NCBI GenBank assembly: GCA_030650275.1
Contig: JAUSEK010000011.1
Coordinates: 9,890 to 73,889, forward strand
DNA length: 64,000 nt
Direction of reading: 5' to 3'
Origin: Candidatus Omnitrophota bacterium
Lineage (GTDB): Bacteria > Omnitrophota > Gorgyraeia > Zapsychrales > Fredricksoniimonadaceae
Shown here: positions 22,153 through 32,211 of the stretch, piece after piece
How the letters are laid out: the number at the start of each line of letters is the position of its first letter
Position numbering within the stretch: the stretch's first letter is position 1
Notes under the pieces: generated by a model
Told to the model about the DNA's origin: nothing
The model's database searches: none
Seen by the model: the letters and a program-made list of their open reading frames with translations, nothing else
Made by a program: the position numbers and the translations under genes

Positions 22153-23438
22153 TCAAGAAAATTTTGTCTAAGCAAGCCAGGATCGCCATCGTGGGTTTGG
22201 GCTATGTCGGTTTGCCTTTGGCCGTGGCTTTCGCGCAAAAAGGCTTCAGGGTCTTTGGCGTAGACACCAGCTCTGCGCGCGTTGAACGCATCCGGAATTT
22301 AAAAAGCTATATTGCCGACGTCAGCAATGCCGCGATCGCCGCGGTCATGCGCAAGGGAAAATTGGCCGTGTCCTGTGATTTCACGGTCTTGCGGGAAGCG
22401 GATGCTATTTTGATCTGTGTGCCCACGCCGTTAAAACGCAGATACACGCCGGACATTTCTTTCATCCAAAGCGCGGTCAGGGAGGTGGCGCGGTTCCTGA
22501 AAAAGGGCGCCCTGGTCGTTTTGGAAAGCACGACCTATCCCGGCACGACGGAAGAATTGATCAAACCTGCTTTGGAGAAAACTGGGTTGAAAGCAGGGAA
22601 GGATTTTTATCTGGCATTCTCGCCGGAGCGCGTTGATCCGGGCAATAAAGATTTTCAAGTCACTCAAATTCCCAAAGTTGTGGGCGGCCTGACGGAACAA
22701 TGCACCCGATTGGCCAGGGCCTTGTATGGCCAGATCATCGCCCGGGTGCATGTGGTGTCTTCCCCCAAAGCCGCGGAGATGACCAAACTCCTGGAAAATT
22801 CTTTCCGTATTGTCAATATCAGCTGGATGAATGAAGTGGCACAGATGTGCCATAAATTAAGCATCGACGTGTGGGAAGTTATTGAAGCGGCCAAGACCAA
22901 GCCGTTCGGTTTCATGCCTTTTTATCCGGGGCTTGGCGTCGGGGGGCATTGCATTCCCGAAGACCCGTTATATTTGTACTGGAAAGCCCGCCGGTATGGG
23001 TTTAATTCCAAGTTCATCCGCCTGGCCGCGGACATCAACACGCACATGCCGGCCTATTGCCTGCACCGGCTGGAGGACTTGTTGAGGGCGCGCAAAAAGA
23101 AAATAGCGAACGCGAAAGTCCTGGTCATCGGCGTCACTTACAAAAAAGACGTCAAGGACCTGCGCAAGTCGCCGGCCTTAAAATTCATTGAACTTTTGCG
23201 CCACCATCATGTCCGCGCCGATTATCACGATCCTTTGGTGCCTTACGTGAAATTAGGAGGGCTTGATCTGGGGTCAGTATTGCTTGATGCCAAACATCTG
23301 AAGAACTATGATGCCGTGGTCATCGCGGTTGACCACAGCAAGGTCAATTATAAACTCATTCAAACTCATGCCCGTTTGATCTTTGATTTGAAGAATGTCT
23401 ATGAGGGCATTGCGAATAAAAAAATCTTTAAATTGTAG
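22149..23438 (+). CDS. UDP-N-acetyl-D-glucosamine/mannosamine 6-dehydrogenase (WbpA/WecC/TviB-like)
   Basis: [14 protein letters not shown], catalytic GGHCIPEDP characteristic of the UDP-HexNAc dehydrogenase subgroup. Confidence 0.75.
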   Translation: MIKKILSKQARIAIVGLGYVGLPLAVAFAQKGFRVFGVDTSSARVERIRNLKSYIADVSNAAIAAVMRKGKLAVSCDFTVLREADAILICVPTPLKRRYTPDISFIQSAVREVARFLKKGALVVLESTTYPGTTEELIKPALEKTGLKAGKDFYLAFSPERVDPGNKDFQVTQIPKVVGGLTEQCTRLARALYGQIIARVHVVSSPKAAEMTKLLENSFRIVNISWMNEVAQMCHKLSIDVWEVIEAAKTKPFGFMPFYPGLGVGGHCIPEDPLYLYWKARRYGFNSKFIRLAADINTHMPAYCLHRLEDLLRARKKKIANAKVLVIGVTYKKDVKDLRKSPALKFIELLRHHHVRADYHDPLVPYVKLGGLDLGSVLLDAKHLKNYDAVVIAVDHSKVNYKLIQTHARLIFDLKNVYEGIANKKIFKL

Positions 23439-23451
23439 GGGGGCGGGATTA

Positions 23452-24396
23452 ATGGCAAAAAAAACCGTTTTGATCACCGGCGGGGCCGGGTTTCTGGGAA
23501 GCCATTTGTGCGATCGGTTCATCACCCGCGGTTTTAAGGTCATTGCCGTGGATAATTTGATCACCGGCGCTCAACGCAATATCGCTCATTTGTCCCGCAA
23601 CAAAGATTTCAAATTCATCCGGCACGACATTTCCCGTCCCTTGAAAATTTCTGGCGGGGTGCACTATGTTCTGCATTTCGCTTCTCCGGCCTCGCCGGTG
23701 GATTACATGAACCATCCCATCGCCACTATGCAAGCCGGCGCCCAGGGCACGCAGAACGCTTTGGACATTGCCCGGGCCAAGAAGGCAACCTTCCTTCTGG
23801 CCTCAACTTCCGAAGTGTACGGCGACCCGCTGGTGCATCCGCAAAAAGAAAGTTATTGGGGTAATGTGAACCCCAACGGGCCTCGCAGCGTCTATGACGA
23901 GGCCAAGCGTTTTGCCGAGGCGCTGACCCTCGCGTATCACCGCGTCCATCGGGTGAACGTGAAGATCGTGCGGATCTTTAATACATACGGGCCCCGCATG
24001 CAGATCAAGGACGGCAGGGTGGTCCCCAACTTCATTGACCAGATCCTGCACCAACAGCCCCTGACCGTGTATGGCAACGGAAAACAAACGCGGTCTTTTT
24101 GTTATGTGGATGACCTGGTGGACGGTATCACGAAATTGCTTTTTTCCAAATTGCAGGGGCCGGTCAATATCGGCAGTCCGCGGGAATTCACCATTCTGAA
24201 ATTCGCGCGGCTGGTGCAAAAGATCTATGACCCGGACGCCCGGATCGTGTTCATGCCTCTGCCTAAGGATGACCCTAAACAGCGCCGGCCTGATATCACG
24301 CTGGCCCGCCGGACGTTGGGATGGGAACCGAAGGTGCCCTTGGAAAAAGGGATCCAAATGACCATGGACTGGTTCGCCCGACACTATGATCACTAA
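23452..24396 (+). CDS. UDP-glucuronate decarboxylase (UXS)-like SDR
   Basis: [21 protein letters not shown] catalytic motif, strong similarity pattern to UXS/ArnA-C family. Confidence 0.7.
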   Translation: MAKKTVLITGGAGFLGSHLCDRFITRGFKVIAVDNLITGAQRNIAHLSRNKDFKFIRHDISRPLKISGGVHYVLHFASPASPVDYMNHPIATMQAGAQGTQNALDIARAKKATFLLASTSEVYGDPLVHPQKESYWGNVNPNGPRSVYDEAKRFAEALTLAYHRVHRVNVKIVRIFNTYGPRMQIKDGRVVPNFIDQILHQQPLTVYGNGKQTRSFCYVDDLVDGITKLLFSKLQGPVNIGSPREFTILKFARLVQKIYDPDARIVFMPLPKDDPKQRRPDITLARRTLGWEPKVPLEKGIQMTMDWFARHYDH

Positions 24397-24997
24397 AGAA
24401 GACATCATCGCCTTTGAGCAGGAGATCGCCGGCATTTTCGCCACCGGTGTCATCCGCGCCCCCGTGCATCTTAGGGCAGGGCGTGAGGACCAGCTGATCT
24501 CGATCTTCAAAGAGGAGGAGATCGGTGGTGATGACTATGTTTTTGGGTTTTGGGATTCCCATGAGCTCGCCCTCTTAAAAGGCGTGCCGCGCCAGGAGGT
24601 CAAAGACATGATCCTGCGGGGCCGCAGCATCGCGCTGTGTTTCCCGAAATACAAGGTGTTATGCTCAGGGATAGTCGGGTCCCTGATGGGCACAGCCGCG
24701 GGCGTGGCGTGGTCTTTAAAAAACCAGAACAGGAAGGGACGGGTGTTTTTGTTTTGCGGGGACATGTCCGCCGAGACCGGCATTTTCCATGAAGCGGTCA
24801 AATATGTGCACAATTTTGATCTGCCGGCTAAATTCATTGTTGGTGATAACGGGGTCTCGGTCATGACCGATACCCGCGCTGTTTGGGGCAATCCACAGCC
24901 GTGGTTTGCCGGAACCAAATACGAAAAACACATCATCTATTTTAAATATACCAACGGCTATCCGCATTCCGGCCTTGGCAAACTGATCAAATTCTGA
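24386..24997 (+). CDS. Small TPP-dependent enzyme, alpha (PP-binding) subunit, transketolase/E1-like
   Basis: [32 protein letters not shown] thiamine-diphosphate binding motif; only ~200 aa. Confidence 0.5.
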   Translation: MITKEDIIAFEQEIAGIFATGVIRAPVHLRAGREDQLISIFKEEEIGGDDYVFGFWDSHELALLKGVPRQEVKDMILRGRSIALCFPKYKVLCSGIVGSLMGTAAGVAWSLKNQNRKGRVFLFCGDMSAETGIFHEAVKYVHNFDLPAKFIVGDNGVSVMTDTRAVWGNPQPWFAGTKYEKHIIYFKYTNGYPHSGLGKLIKF

Positions 24998-24999
24998 TT

Positions 25000-25584
25000 A
25001 TGACAACCGCCGTCCCGTTAAAGTATTTTGACGAATTGAAACGCACCATGGAATGGCTGGCCCAACAGCCCAAGGTCATGTTCGTGGGCCAGACCGTGGC
25101 CGGACCCGGGACATTCATGTTCCAGACCCTGCGGGATTGCCCCAAGGACCGCACGCTGGAAATGCCTATCAATGAGAGCTTCCAAATGCAATTCACCATC
25201 GGCATGGCCCTGGCCGGTTATGTCCCGGTCTCTGTTTATCCGCGCCAGAATTTTTTGCTTTTAGCCACCGGGGACATGGCCAATATGCTTGATAAATTGC
25301 CCGATATCAGTGAAGGAAAGTGGCCTGTGAAGGTCATCATCCGTGTCGCCACGGGCCCGGATGCTCCGGTGCATCCCGGCCATCAGCACATCGGCAATTA
25401 CGCGCAAGCCATGCGCAAGTTGTTTCGCTGGATCGAGGTGGTGGAATTGGACAAGGCCGACCAGATATTCCCGGCCTATCAACACGCGCTGGAACGCGCC
25501 GACGGAAAATCAACGCTGATCATTGAGCATGGCAATTATTATAACGAAGAATATTACGCCAAGGGGCAAAAGACCAGCCAATGA
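25000..25584 (+). CDS. Small TPP-dependent enzyme, beta (pyrimidine-binding) subunit, transketolase/E1-like
   Basis: Pyr-binding domain pattern MFVGQTVAGPGTFMFQ...ESFQMQFTIGMALAG; adjacent to alpha subunit. Confidence 0.5.
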   Translation: MTTAVPLKYFDELKRTMEWLAQQPKVMFVGQTVAGPGTFMFQTLRDCPKDRTLEMPINESFQMQFTIGMALAGYVPVSVYPRQNFLLLATGDMANMLDKLPDISEGKWPVKVIIRVATGPDAPVHPGHQHIGNYAQAMRKLFRWIEVVELDKADQIFPAYQHALERADGKSTLIIEHGNYYNEEYYAKGQKTSQ

Positions 25585-26516
25585 TACAGCGCGTTTCCCG
25601 CATTTTCATCGTCGGCCACAATGACAGCGTTGAGAATTCCCTGCGCCGTCATTTTATGTCCCGCGGGTTTAGACATGTTTTTTCCAATACGAAGGACGGG
25701 GTGGATGTTTTAAACCAGGCAAAGGTCCAGCGGTTTTTTAAGGACGCCCGCCCGGAATACATATTTTTGGGCTCCGTCCGTTCCGGCGGTATCGCGGCCA
25801 ATCTCAAATATCCGGCCGAGTTCATTGACGAAAATTGCGCGGCGCAGAACAATGTCATCCACGCGGCCTACGCGCACAAGGCCAAAAAACTTTTGTATTT
25901 TTCGGGTTCCTGCGCCTATCCCAAGGACGCCCGTCAGCCCATTAAAGAAAAGGCCTTATTGACCGGTCCTTTGGAGGAAACCAGCGAGCCGTATTCCGTC
26001 GCCAAGATCGCGGGGACCGTCATGTGCCGGGCTTACCGCGCCCAATACGGGTTTAACGCGATCGTGGCTGTGCCGGCCACCTTGTATGGCCCGGGCAGTG
26101 ATACGGACATCGCCACGGCCCATGTCATGGGCGCTTTGATCGCCAAGTTCCATAAAGCCGCGGCCGATGGGGACAAACAGATTGTTGTGTGGGGCACGGG
26201 CAAGGTGCGGCGGGAATTCTTGCACGTGGATGATTTCGTGTCCGCGTGCCTGTTTTTGATGGACCGCTACAACGGAGAAGAGCTGATCAATATTGGATGC
26301 GGTCATGACGTGTCCATCAGGGAATTGGCGGGTTTATTGAAGAAAATTTCCGGGTTCAAGGGCAAGATCGTTTTTGATGCTTCCAAACCCGACGGCACCA
26401 TACGCAAACTCATGGACAACCGCCGTATCACAAGATTGGGCTGGAAGTCGAAGGTGGGATTGGAAGAGGGGATCAGAAAAACGTATCAATGGTTTAATGG
26501 AAAGGAAACAGCATGA
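25581..26516 (+). CDS. fcl: GDP-L-fucose synthase (Fcl/GMER)-like 3,5-epimerase/4-reductase
   Basis: Match to E. coli Fcl as I recall it (not database-checked): IFIVGHNDSVENSL, SCAYP, EPYSVAKIAG, VVWGTGKVRREFLHVDD, DASKPDGT. Confidence 0.75.
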   Translation: MIQRVSRIFIVGHNDSVENSLRRHFMSRGFRHVFSNTKDGVDVLNQAKVQRFFKDARPEYIFLGSVRSGGIAANLKYPAEFIDENCAAQNNVIHAAYAHKAKKLLYFSGSCAYPKDARQPIKEKALLTGPLEETSEPYSVAKIAGTVMCRAYRAQYGFNAIVAVPATLYGPGSDTDIATAHVMGALIAKFHKAAADGDKQIVVWGTGKVRREFLHVDDFVSACLFLMDRYNGEELINIGCGHDVSIRELAGLLKKISGFKGKIVFDASKPDGTIRKLMDNRRITRLGWKSKVGLEEGIRKTYQWFNGKETA

Positions 26517-27445
26517 AGATTCTCATCACAGGCGCGGCCGGATATATCGGTTCGGTGTTGACCCCCACGCTGTTGACCCAGGGGCACGAGGTCATTGCCC
26601 TGGACAATTTTATGTACAACCAAAGCTCACTTTTGGATTGCTGTCATAACGAAAAGTTGACCATTGTCCGCGGGGACACGCGCGACAAGCCGCTCATGGC
26701 GCGGCTCATGAAAGGCGCGGACGCCATTTTTCCGCTGGCGTGTTTGACCGGAGCGCCCCTGTGCGCCAAAGACCCCGACGGGGCCAAGGCCGTTTTGCTG
26801 GATGCCATCCAGATGATCCTGGGGATGCGCGGCAAGGGCCAGCGCATTATTTTTCCGACCACCAACAGCGGTTACGGGGTCGGCGAAAAGGGCAAACACT
26901 GCACCGAGGAAACCCCTTTAAGGCCGGTGTCTTTGTACGGGAAATTGAAGGTGGATGCGGAAAACGCCATTCTGGACGCGGGCAATGCCATCACCCTGCG
27001 TTTGGCCACGGCCTTCGGCATATCCCCGCGCATGCGCCTGGACCTTTTGGTCAATGATTTCACGTACCGCGCGGTGTATGACCGTTTTGTGGTCCTGTTT
27101 GAGGCGCATTTTAACCGTAATTACATCCACGTGCGCGACATTTCCAGGGCTTTTGTCCACGGGCTCAATGGCTTTGACAAGATGAAGGACCAACCTTATA
27201 ATGTGGGACTAAGCGACGCCAATCTGACCAAACTTCAGCTGTGTCAGGAGATCAAGAAATTCGTCCCGGACTTCTATTTTGTCGAGGCCACCATCGGTGA
27301 GGACCCGGACAAGCGCGACTATATCGTCAGCAACGCGAAAATAGAGAAGACCGGGTTTAAGCCCGAGGTCACTCTGCAAAAAGGCATTCAGGAACTCATC
27401 AAGGGTTATCAGGTCATCAAGCGCAATCAGTACGCCAATATATAG
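26513..27445 (+). CDS. NAD-dependent epimerase/dehydratase (extended SDR)
   Basis: ILITGAAGYIGS Rossmann motif, YGKLK catalytic dyad. Confidence 0.65.
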   Translation: MKILITGAAGYIGSVLTPTLLTQGHEVIALDNFMYNQSSLLDCCHNEKLTIVRGDTRDKPLMARLMKGADAIFPLACLTGAPLCAKDPDGAKAVLLDAIQMILGMRGKGQRIIFPTTNSGYGVGEKGKHCTEETPLRPVSLYGKLKVDAENAILDAGNAITLRLATAFGISPRMRLDLLVNDFTYRAVYDRFVVLFEAHFNRNYIHVRDISRAFVHGLNGFDKMKDQPYNVGLSDANLTKLQLCQEIKKFVPDFYFVEATIGEDPDKRDYIVSNAKIEKTGFKPEVTLQKGIQELIKGYQVIKRNQYANI

Positions 27446-27449
27446 GAAC

Positions 27450-28967
27450 ATGATGAAACAACTTGACGTTCTTTTCATCCACCCCAACGCTGCGCATAAG
27501 ATCTATCAGGACCTGGCCCGGGATTTTTCGGCCATTGAGCCGCCGATCTGGGCGGGGATGCTGGCCAATCATTGCCGCGTCAAAGGGTTTTCCGTCAATA
27601 TCCTGGACGCCGAAGCCCTGCGTTTGAACGACCAGGAGGCGGCCAAGCGCATCGCGGCGTCCAAGGCGCGGGTGGTGTGTTTTGTGGTCTATGGCCAGCA
27701 ACCGTCGGCCTCTTCGCAGAATATGGCCGGCGCCGTTGATCTGGCGGATCTGGTCAAGTCCACCGCGCCTGACAGCAAGATCGTTTTCGTCGGCGGGCAT
27801 ATCGCGGCTTTGTCGCGCGATGTCTTGGAAAAGCACCCCAGCATTGATTTTGTCTGCCAGAACGAAGGCGTTTACACGATCTCGGGCCTGCTGCAGACCA
27901 ATTTGAAGGACGGTTTGGAAAAAGTGTTGGGATTGGGCTATCGCCGCGACGGCACGGTCTGTTTGAATCCGCCCTCGCCCATCGTGGCCAAAGCGGATCT
28001 GCCGCGCGATCTTCCGGGTGTGGCGTGGGACCTTCTGCCCATGGACAATTACCGCACCGCGTTATGGCATTCCTATTCCAATGGTTCCAAGCGCCAGCCC
28101 TTTGCCTCCATCTATACGTCGCTGGGCTGTCCGATGAAATGCTCCTTTTGCATGATCAATATCATCAACCGCCAGGAGAATGAATTCTCCGATGGGTCCG
28201 CGGTGTTCCGTTACTGGGAACCGGAGCATATCATCAAGGATTTTGACTATTTTGCCTCCAAGGGCATCACCAATATCAAGATCGCCGACGAGCTTTTTGT
28301 CCTCAACCAGAACCATTTCATGAAGCTCTGTCAGCTCATCATCGCGCGCGGATATAAGTTCAATATCTGGTGCTATTCGCGCGTGGACACGGTCAAGGAC
28401 CAGTATCTGGAAACATTGAAGAAGGCCGGGGTCAATTGGCTGGCCCTGGGCATCGAAAGCGGCAATGCGCGCGTGCGCCACGATGTCACCAAGGGCCGTT
28501 TCGGGGACATTGACATCCGCAATATTGTGGGCAAGATCCGTGAGCACGGCATCAACGTCATCGGCAATTATATTTTCGGTTTGCCGGAAGATGACCTGGA
28601 AAGCATGCAGATGACCCTGGACCTGGCCATTGAAATGAACACGGAGGAGGCGAATTTTTATTCCGCCATGGCGTATCCGGGAAGTCCGTTATACGGCATT
28701 GCCCGCAAGGAAGGATGGCAATTGCCGCAAACCTATGACGGTTTTTCCCAACACTCCTATACCTGTCAGCCATTGCCGACCAAGCATTTGACCGCGGCCC
28801 AGGTTTTGGCGTTTCGGGACGAGGCCTGGATGAAATACCACACCAACCCGAAATTCCTGGAATTGCTCAAGACCAAATTCGGCCAGGTGGCCGTTGACGA
28901 GACATTAAGATCCACCCGGATCAAACTCAAACGCAAGATCCTGGAACAAGCCCCGGTTGCCCGATGA
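27450..28967 (+). CDS. B12-binding domain radical SAM enzyme (class B)
   Basis: N-terminal cobalamin-binding domain, radical SAM CPMKCSFC cluster motif; embedded in sugar-biosynthesis cluster. Confidence 0.8.
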   Translation: MMKQLDVLFIHPNAAHKIYQDLARDFSAIEPPIWAGMLANHCRVKGFSVNILDAEALRLNDQEAAKRIAASKARVVCFVVYGQQPSASSQNMAGAVDLADLVKSTAPDSKIVFVGGHIAALSRDVLEKHPSIDFVCQNEGVYTISGLLQTNLKDGLEKVLGLGYRRDGTVCLNPPSPIVAKADLPRDLPGVAWDLLPMDNYRTALWHSYSNGSKRQPFASIYTSLGCPMKCSFCMINIINRQENEFSDGSAVFRYWEPEHIIKDFDYFASKGITNIKIADELFVLNQNHFMKLCQLIIARGYKFNIWCYSRVDTVKDQYLETLKKAGVNWLALGIESGNARVRHDVTKGRFGDIDIRNIVGKIREHGINVIGNYIFGLPEDDLESMQMTLDLAIEMNTEEANFYSAMAYPGSPLYGIARKEGWQLPQTYDGFSQHSYTCQPLPTKHLTAAQVLAFRDEAWMKYHTNPKFLELLKTKFGQVAVDETLRSTRIKLKRKILEQAPVAR

Positions 28968-29962
28968 TCATTTCCCGCACCCCATTTCGCGTTTCCTTTT
29001 TCGGCGGCGGCACCGACTATGACGGGTGGTTTCGGGAGAATAAAGGCGCGGTCCTCGCCACCACCATTGATAAATACTGCTACATCTCCTGCCGTTATTT
29101 GCCGCCGTTCTTTGACCATAAGTCCCGCATCATCTATTCCAAAATGGAACATGTGCACGGCATCAACGACATTGACCATCCATCGGTGCGGGAAGTCCTG
29201 CGTTTTTTAAAGATCACCGAAGGCGTTGAGATCCATCACGACGGCGACCTTCCCGCGCGCACGGGGCTGGGGTCCAGTTCGTCGTTCACCGTCGGACTTT
29301 TGAATGCTCTATACGCCCTCAAAGGCGTGATGGTCACCAAGGAACGGCTGGCCGAAGAGGCCATCCACGTTGAGCAGGACATGATCAAGGAGAACGTGGG
29401 CTGTCAGGACCAGGTCCTGGCCGCTTACGGCGGTTTTAATCACATTGAGTTCGGCGGCCCCAACCATCTTCTGGTGCGCCAGGTGACGATATCGCCGGAG
29501 AAATTGAACGTCCTGCAAAATCATCTGATGCTTTTTTTCACCGGGTTCGCGCGCACCGCTTCCCGCATCGCCCATCACCAGATCAAGAACATCCCCCGCA
29601 AGAAGCCGGAGTTGGCGCGCATGTATGAAATGGTCAACGAGGCCGTGGGGATCCTCAACGGCAAAAACCTTGTTCCGTTCGGTCAATTGCTTGATGAAAG
29701 CTGGAAACTCAAGCGCACACTATCCGGCAAGATCTCCACGTCGCACATTGACCATCTGTACGCCGCGGCCACGCGCGCCGGCGCTGTCGGCGGCAAACTG
29801 CTGGGCGCGGGCGGGGGCGGGTTCGTGCTTTTGTTCGTGGAGCCGCATAAAAAACCCAGGGTCCGCGCGGCGCTCAAAGGCCTGCTGGAAGTTCCCTTCA
29901 AATTTGAAGGCCTGGGAAGCCAGATCATTTTCTACCAGCCGGACACGGGAATTGTTAAATAA
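28964..29962 (+). CDS. hddA: GHMP sugar kinase, D-glycero-alpha-D-manno-heptose-7-phosphate kinase (HddA)-like
   Basis: N-terminal RTPFRVSFFGGGTDY, GHMP motif PARTGLGSSSS; neighbours hddC and gmhB. Confidence 0.65.
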   Translation: MIISRTPFRVSFFGGGTDYDGWFRENKGAVLATTIDKYCYISCRYLPPFFDHKSRIIYSKMEHVHGINDIDHPSVREVLRFLKITEGVEIHHDGDLPARTGLGSSSSFTVGLLNALYALKGVMVTKERLAEEAIHVEQDMIKENVGCQDQVLAAYGGFNHIEFGGPNHLLVRQVTISPEKLNVLQNHLMLFFTGFARTASRIAHHQIKNIPRKKPELARMYEMVNEAVGILNGKNLVPFGQLLDESWKLKRTLSGKISTSHIDHLYAAATRAGAVGGKLLGAGGGGFVLLFVEPHKKPRVRAALKGLLEVPFKFEGLGSQIIFYQPDTGIVK

Positions 29963-30676
29963 ATGTTCAGCCAGACGGACATTGTCATTCTCGCCGGCGG
30001 CTTGGGCAAGCGCCTGCAGGCCCTCACGCAGGGCCGACAGAAAGTCCTCGTTCCGATCAACGGCACGCCGTTTCTTGCGCTATTAATTGATTTTATCGCG
30101 GCCCAGGGCGGGCAGCGTTTCATTGTATGCACGGGCCACGGTGCACAGGCCGTTGAGCAGGCGCTGGCCGGCATGTTCCCCAAATTGGACATTGTTTTTT
30201 CAAGGGAAGAGGAGCCGCTGGGCACAGGCGGCGCCATCAAGCAGGCGGCCGCTTTGGTACGTTCGCCCCGATTTTTGGCCATGAACGGGGATTGTTTTTG
30301 CGTCATTGATTACGGGCAATTGATCGCTCGTCATGTATCGTGCAAAGCCGCGGCCACCATTGCCGTGACGCGCCTTGACGATGCCCGCGAATACGGAACC
30401 ATTGAGATAGGTCCCGACGGGCGCATTGAAGCGTTTAAAGAAAAACGGCCTGAGGCAGCGCCGGCGCTCATCAATACGGGAACGTATTGCCTGAATAAGG
30501 ATGTGTTCAATTTGGCCGAGACCCCGCAGAAGTTTTCCATTGAATACGATTTCTTCCCGCGCTTAGTCGGCAAGGGGTTCTGGTCTTTTGAGGTGGCCAA
30601 CAAGTTCGTTGACATCGGCACCCCCGAGCGCTACCAATGGGCGCAGGAACATTTAAAAGAATTCCGAATTAAGTAG
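29963..30676 (+). CDS. hddC: Sugar-1-phosphate nucleotidyltransferase (HddC-like guanylyltransferase)
   Basis: IVILAGGLGKRLQALTQGRQKVLVPI nucleotidyltransferase signature. Confidence 0.65.
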   Translation: MFSQTDIVILAGGLGKRLQALTQGRQKVLVPINGTPFLALLIDFIAAQGGQRFIVCTGHGAQAVEQALAGMFPKLDIVFSREEEPLGTGGAIKQAAALVRSPRFLAMNGDCFCVIDYGQLIARHVSCKAAATIAVTRLDDAREYGTIEIGPDGRIEAFKEKRPEAAPALINTGTYCLNKDVFNLAETPQKFSIEYDFFPRLVGKGFWSFEVANKFVDIGTPERYQWAQEHLKEFRIK

Positions 30677-30700
30677 CCACCCACCGTAACCTTAATTCGG
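30677..30700 (+). repeat. REP unit CCACCCACCGTAACCTTAATTCGG (same family as REPs flanking the RAYT at 53.5-54.3 kb)
   Basis: Directly after hddC stop; boundary between ~58% GC cluster and ~35% GC insertion. Confidence 0.55.
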
Positions 30701-30969
30701 CTTTGGAAAATTTTGAGTCGGCTCAGCTTTGTCAATAATCGTCTTTTCCTGACATGTCGGAAATACAACGTCCCGACAAAATCGTCGGGACTGTATTTCC
30801 GAATCGGTGCCGTAGACGATAGGGACAAAATGAGCCTTTCAAAATTCCCCAAAGCCTTATAGCGCAAATAAGGGACAGTTCAGGTAGGACCCGTGGGTGT
30901 AAAAGAGGTTATTCAGAAACGGTTTAAGAAATTTTACTAAGAGTTATTTCTTATCGAAAGGAAAATACT

Positions 30970-31347
30970 GTGAAAAGATCGTTTATTTTAATTGTTGTAT
31001 TATTCTTTTTCTTAAATAGTTGTGCGAGCGTTCAGCCTATTCAAAAAGGTAATTTAACGGCAGGTATGGCAAAAACGAAGATTATAAAAGGCCAGACTAT
31101 GCAATCGGAGATTTTAGAAGTTTTTGGTGCGCCTAATATTGTTACAAAGAATAAAAGCGGAAATGAAGTGTGGACTTATGATCAGGTATCTGTAGAATCG
31201 GCTGCCTCAGAAGTATATGGAACCATTATTATTGCAGGTGGCGTTGGAAATCGAACATCAACTTCTACACGTACATTTACCTTAATGATTGAATTTGGGG
31301 ATGGTGACATCGTCAAAGATTATAGCTATCGGTCGTCTGCTTTTTAG
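30970..31347 (+). CDS. Lipoprotein, BamE/SmpA-OmlA-like
   Basis: Lipobox LNSC; low GC; GTG start. Confidence 0.45.
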   Translation: MKRSFILIVVLFFFLNSCASVQPIQKGNLTAGMAKTKIIKGQTMQSEILEVFGAPNIVTKNKSGNEVWTYDQVSVESAASEVYGTIIIAGGVGNRTSTSTRTFTLMIEFGDGDIVKDYSYRSSAF

Positions 31348-31360
31348 AGGAAGGTATTAT

Positions 31361-31798
31361 ATGAAGAAGGCGGTTTTATTTATATTACTTTTCTTTGTAG
31401 TTGGCTGTGCCACAACTCAGCTTAGCAACTCACAGAGAAGAAGTATTGAGGCGAAAGAATTAGAGGGGAGTTTTGATAATGCTTTTAAAGCGACTTTACA
31501 GGTGTTACAAGACAAGGGATATGTTATTACTCATACAGACTATAAGGCTGGTGTAATTAAAGGAGAGACTGGTTGGAAGAGAACAAATATGTTTGTTACT
31601 GATAAAAAGCAAGAGGCGAGCGTGACTATTGAAGAATGGGTTGAAAATAGAGTGAAAGAAAGAATAACTTTTATGTTAAGAGAAAATGAAGGTCTCGGGC
31701 TGGAGAGATCGAGGATAATAGAAGACCAGAAATTTCTACAAGAAATATATGATGAGATTCAAAAAGAAATATTTGTCAGACAAAATTTAAATAAATAA
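31361..31798 (+). CDS. Lipoprotein of unknown function
   Basis: Lipobox VVGC; RBS AGAGGAAGG; low GC. Confidence 0.45.
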   Translation: MKKAVLFILLFFVVGCATTQLSNSQRRSIEAKELEGSFDNAFKATLQVLQDKGYVITHTDYKAGVIKGETGWKRTNMFVTDKKQEASVTIEEWVENRVKERITFMLRENEGLGLERSRIIEDQKFLQEIYDEIQKEIFVRQNLNK

Positions 31799-31831
31799 TG
31801 GCGGTAAGTAATTTGTTAGAGAATTAAATTC

Positions 31832-31855
31832 CGGGTACCCATCGTAACCCGAATT
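31832..31855 (+). repeat. Degenerate REP unit CGGGTACCCATCGTAACCCGAATT
   Basis: Same orientation as 30677 copy; brackets the low-GC lipoprotein insertion. Confidence 0.4.
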
Positions 31856-31914
31856 GATTTCTTTGAGATTGTTGACAAAAGGCACACAATGTATTATACT
31901 TGTCTTGAGGCGTT

Positions 31915-32211
31915 ATGAAGGCATTTGATTGGGATGAGGCAAAGAACGAGGACCTGCTTCAGGAACGCAACATATCGTTTGAAGAGATCGTCTGGTGCAT
32001 TGAGCAGAAGGAAGGCCTGTTAGACGTCATTGATCATCCCAATCAGACAAAGTTCGCGCACCAGAAGCTTTTTATCGTTGCATTGCGCGGGTATGTGTAT
32101 ATCGTGCCTTTTGTCGAGGATGGGCACAAGATCTTCTTAAAGACGATCTATCCAAGCAGGAAATTGACCAGGAAATATCTGGGGAAGGAAGGCGACCATG
32201 AAATTGACTAA
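31915..32211 (+). CDS. BrnT-like (DUF497) toxin, second copy
   Basis: FDWDEAKNEDLLQERNISFEEI N-terminal pattern; promoter-like TTGACA...TATTATACT at 31872-31901; overlaps antitoxin. Confidence 0.5.
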   Translation: MKAFDWDEAKNEDLLQERNISFEEIVWCIEQKEGLLDVIDHPNQTKFAHQKLFIVALRGYVYIVPFVEDGHKIFLKTIYPSRKLTRKYLGKEGDHEID

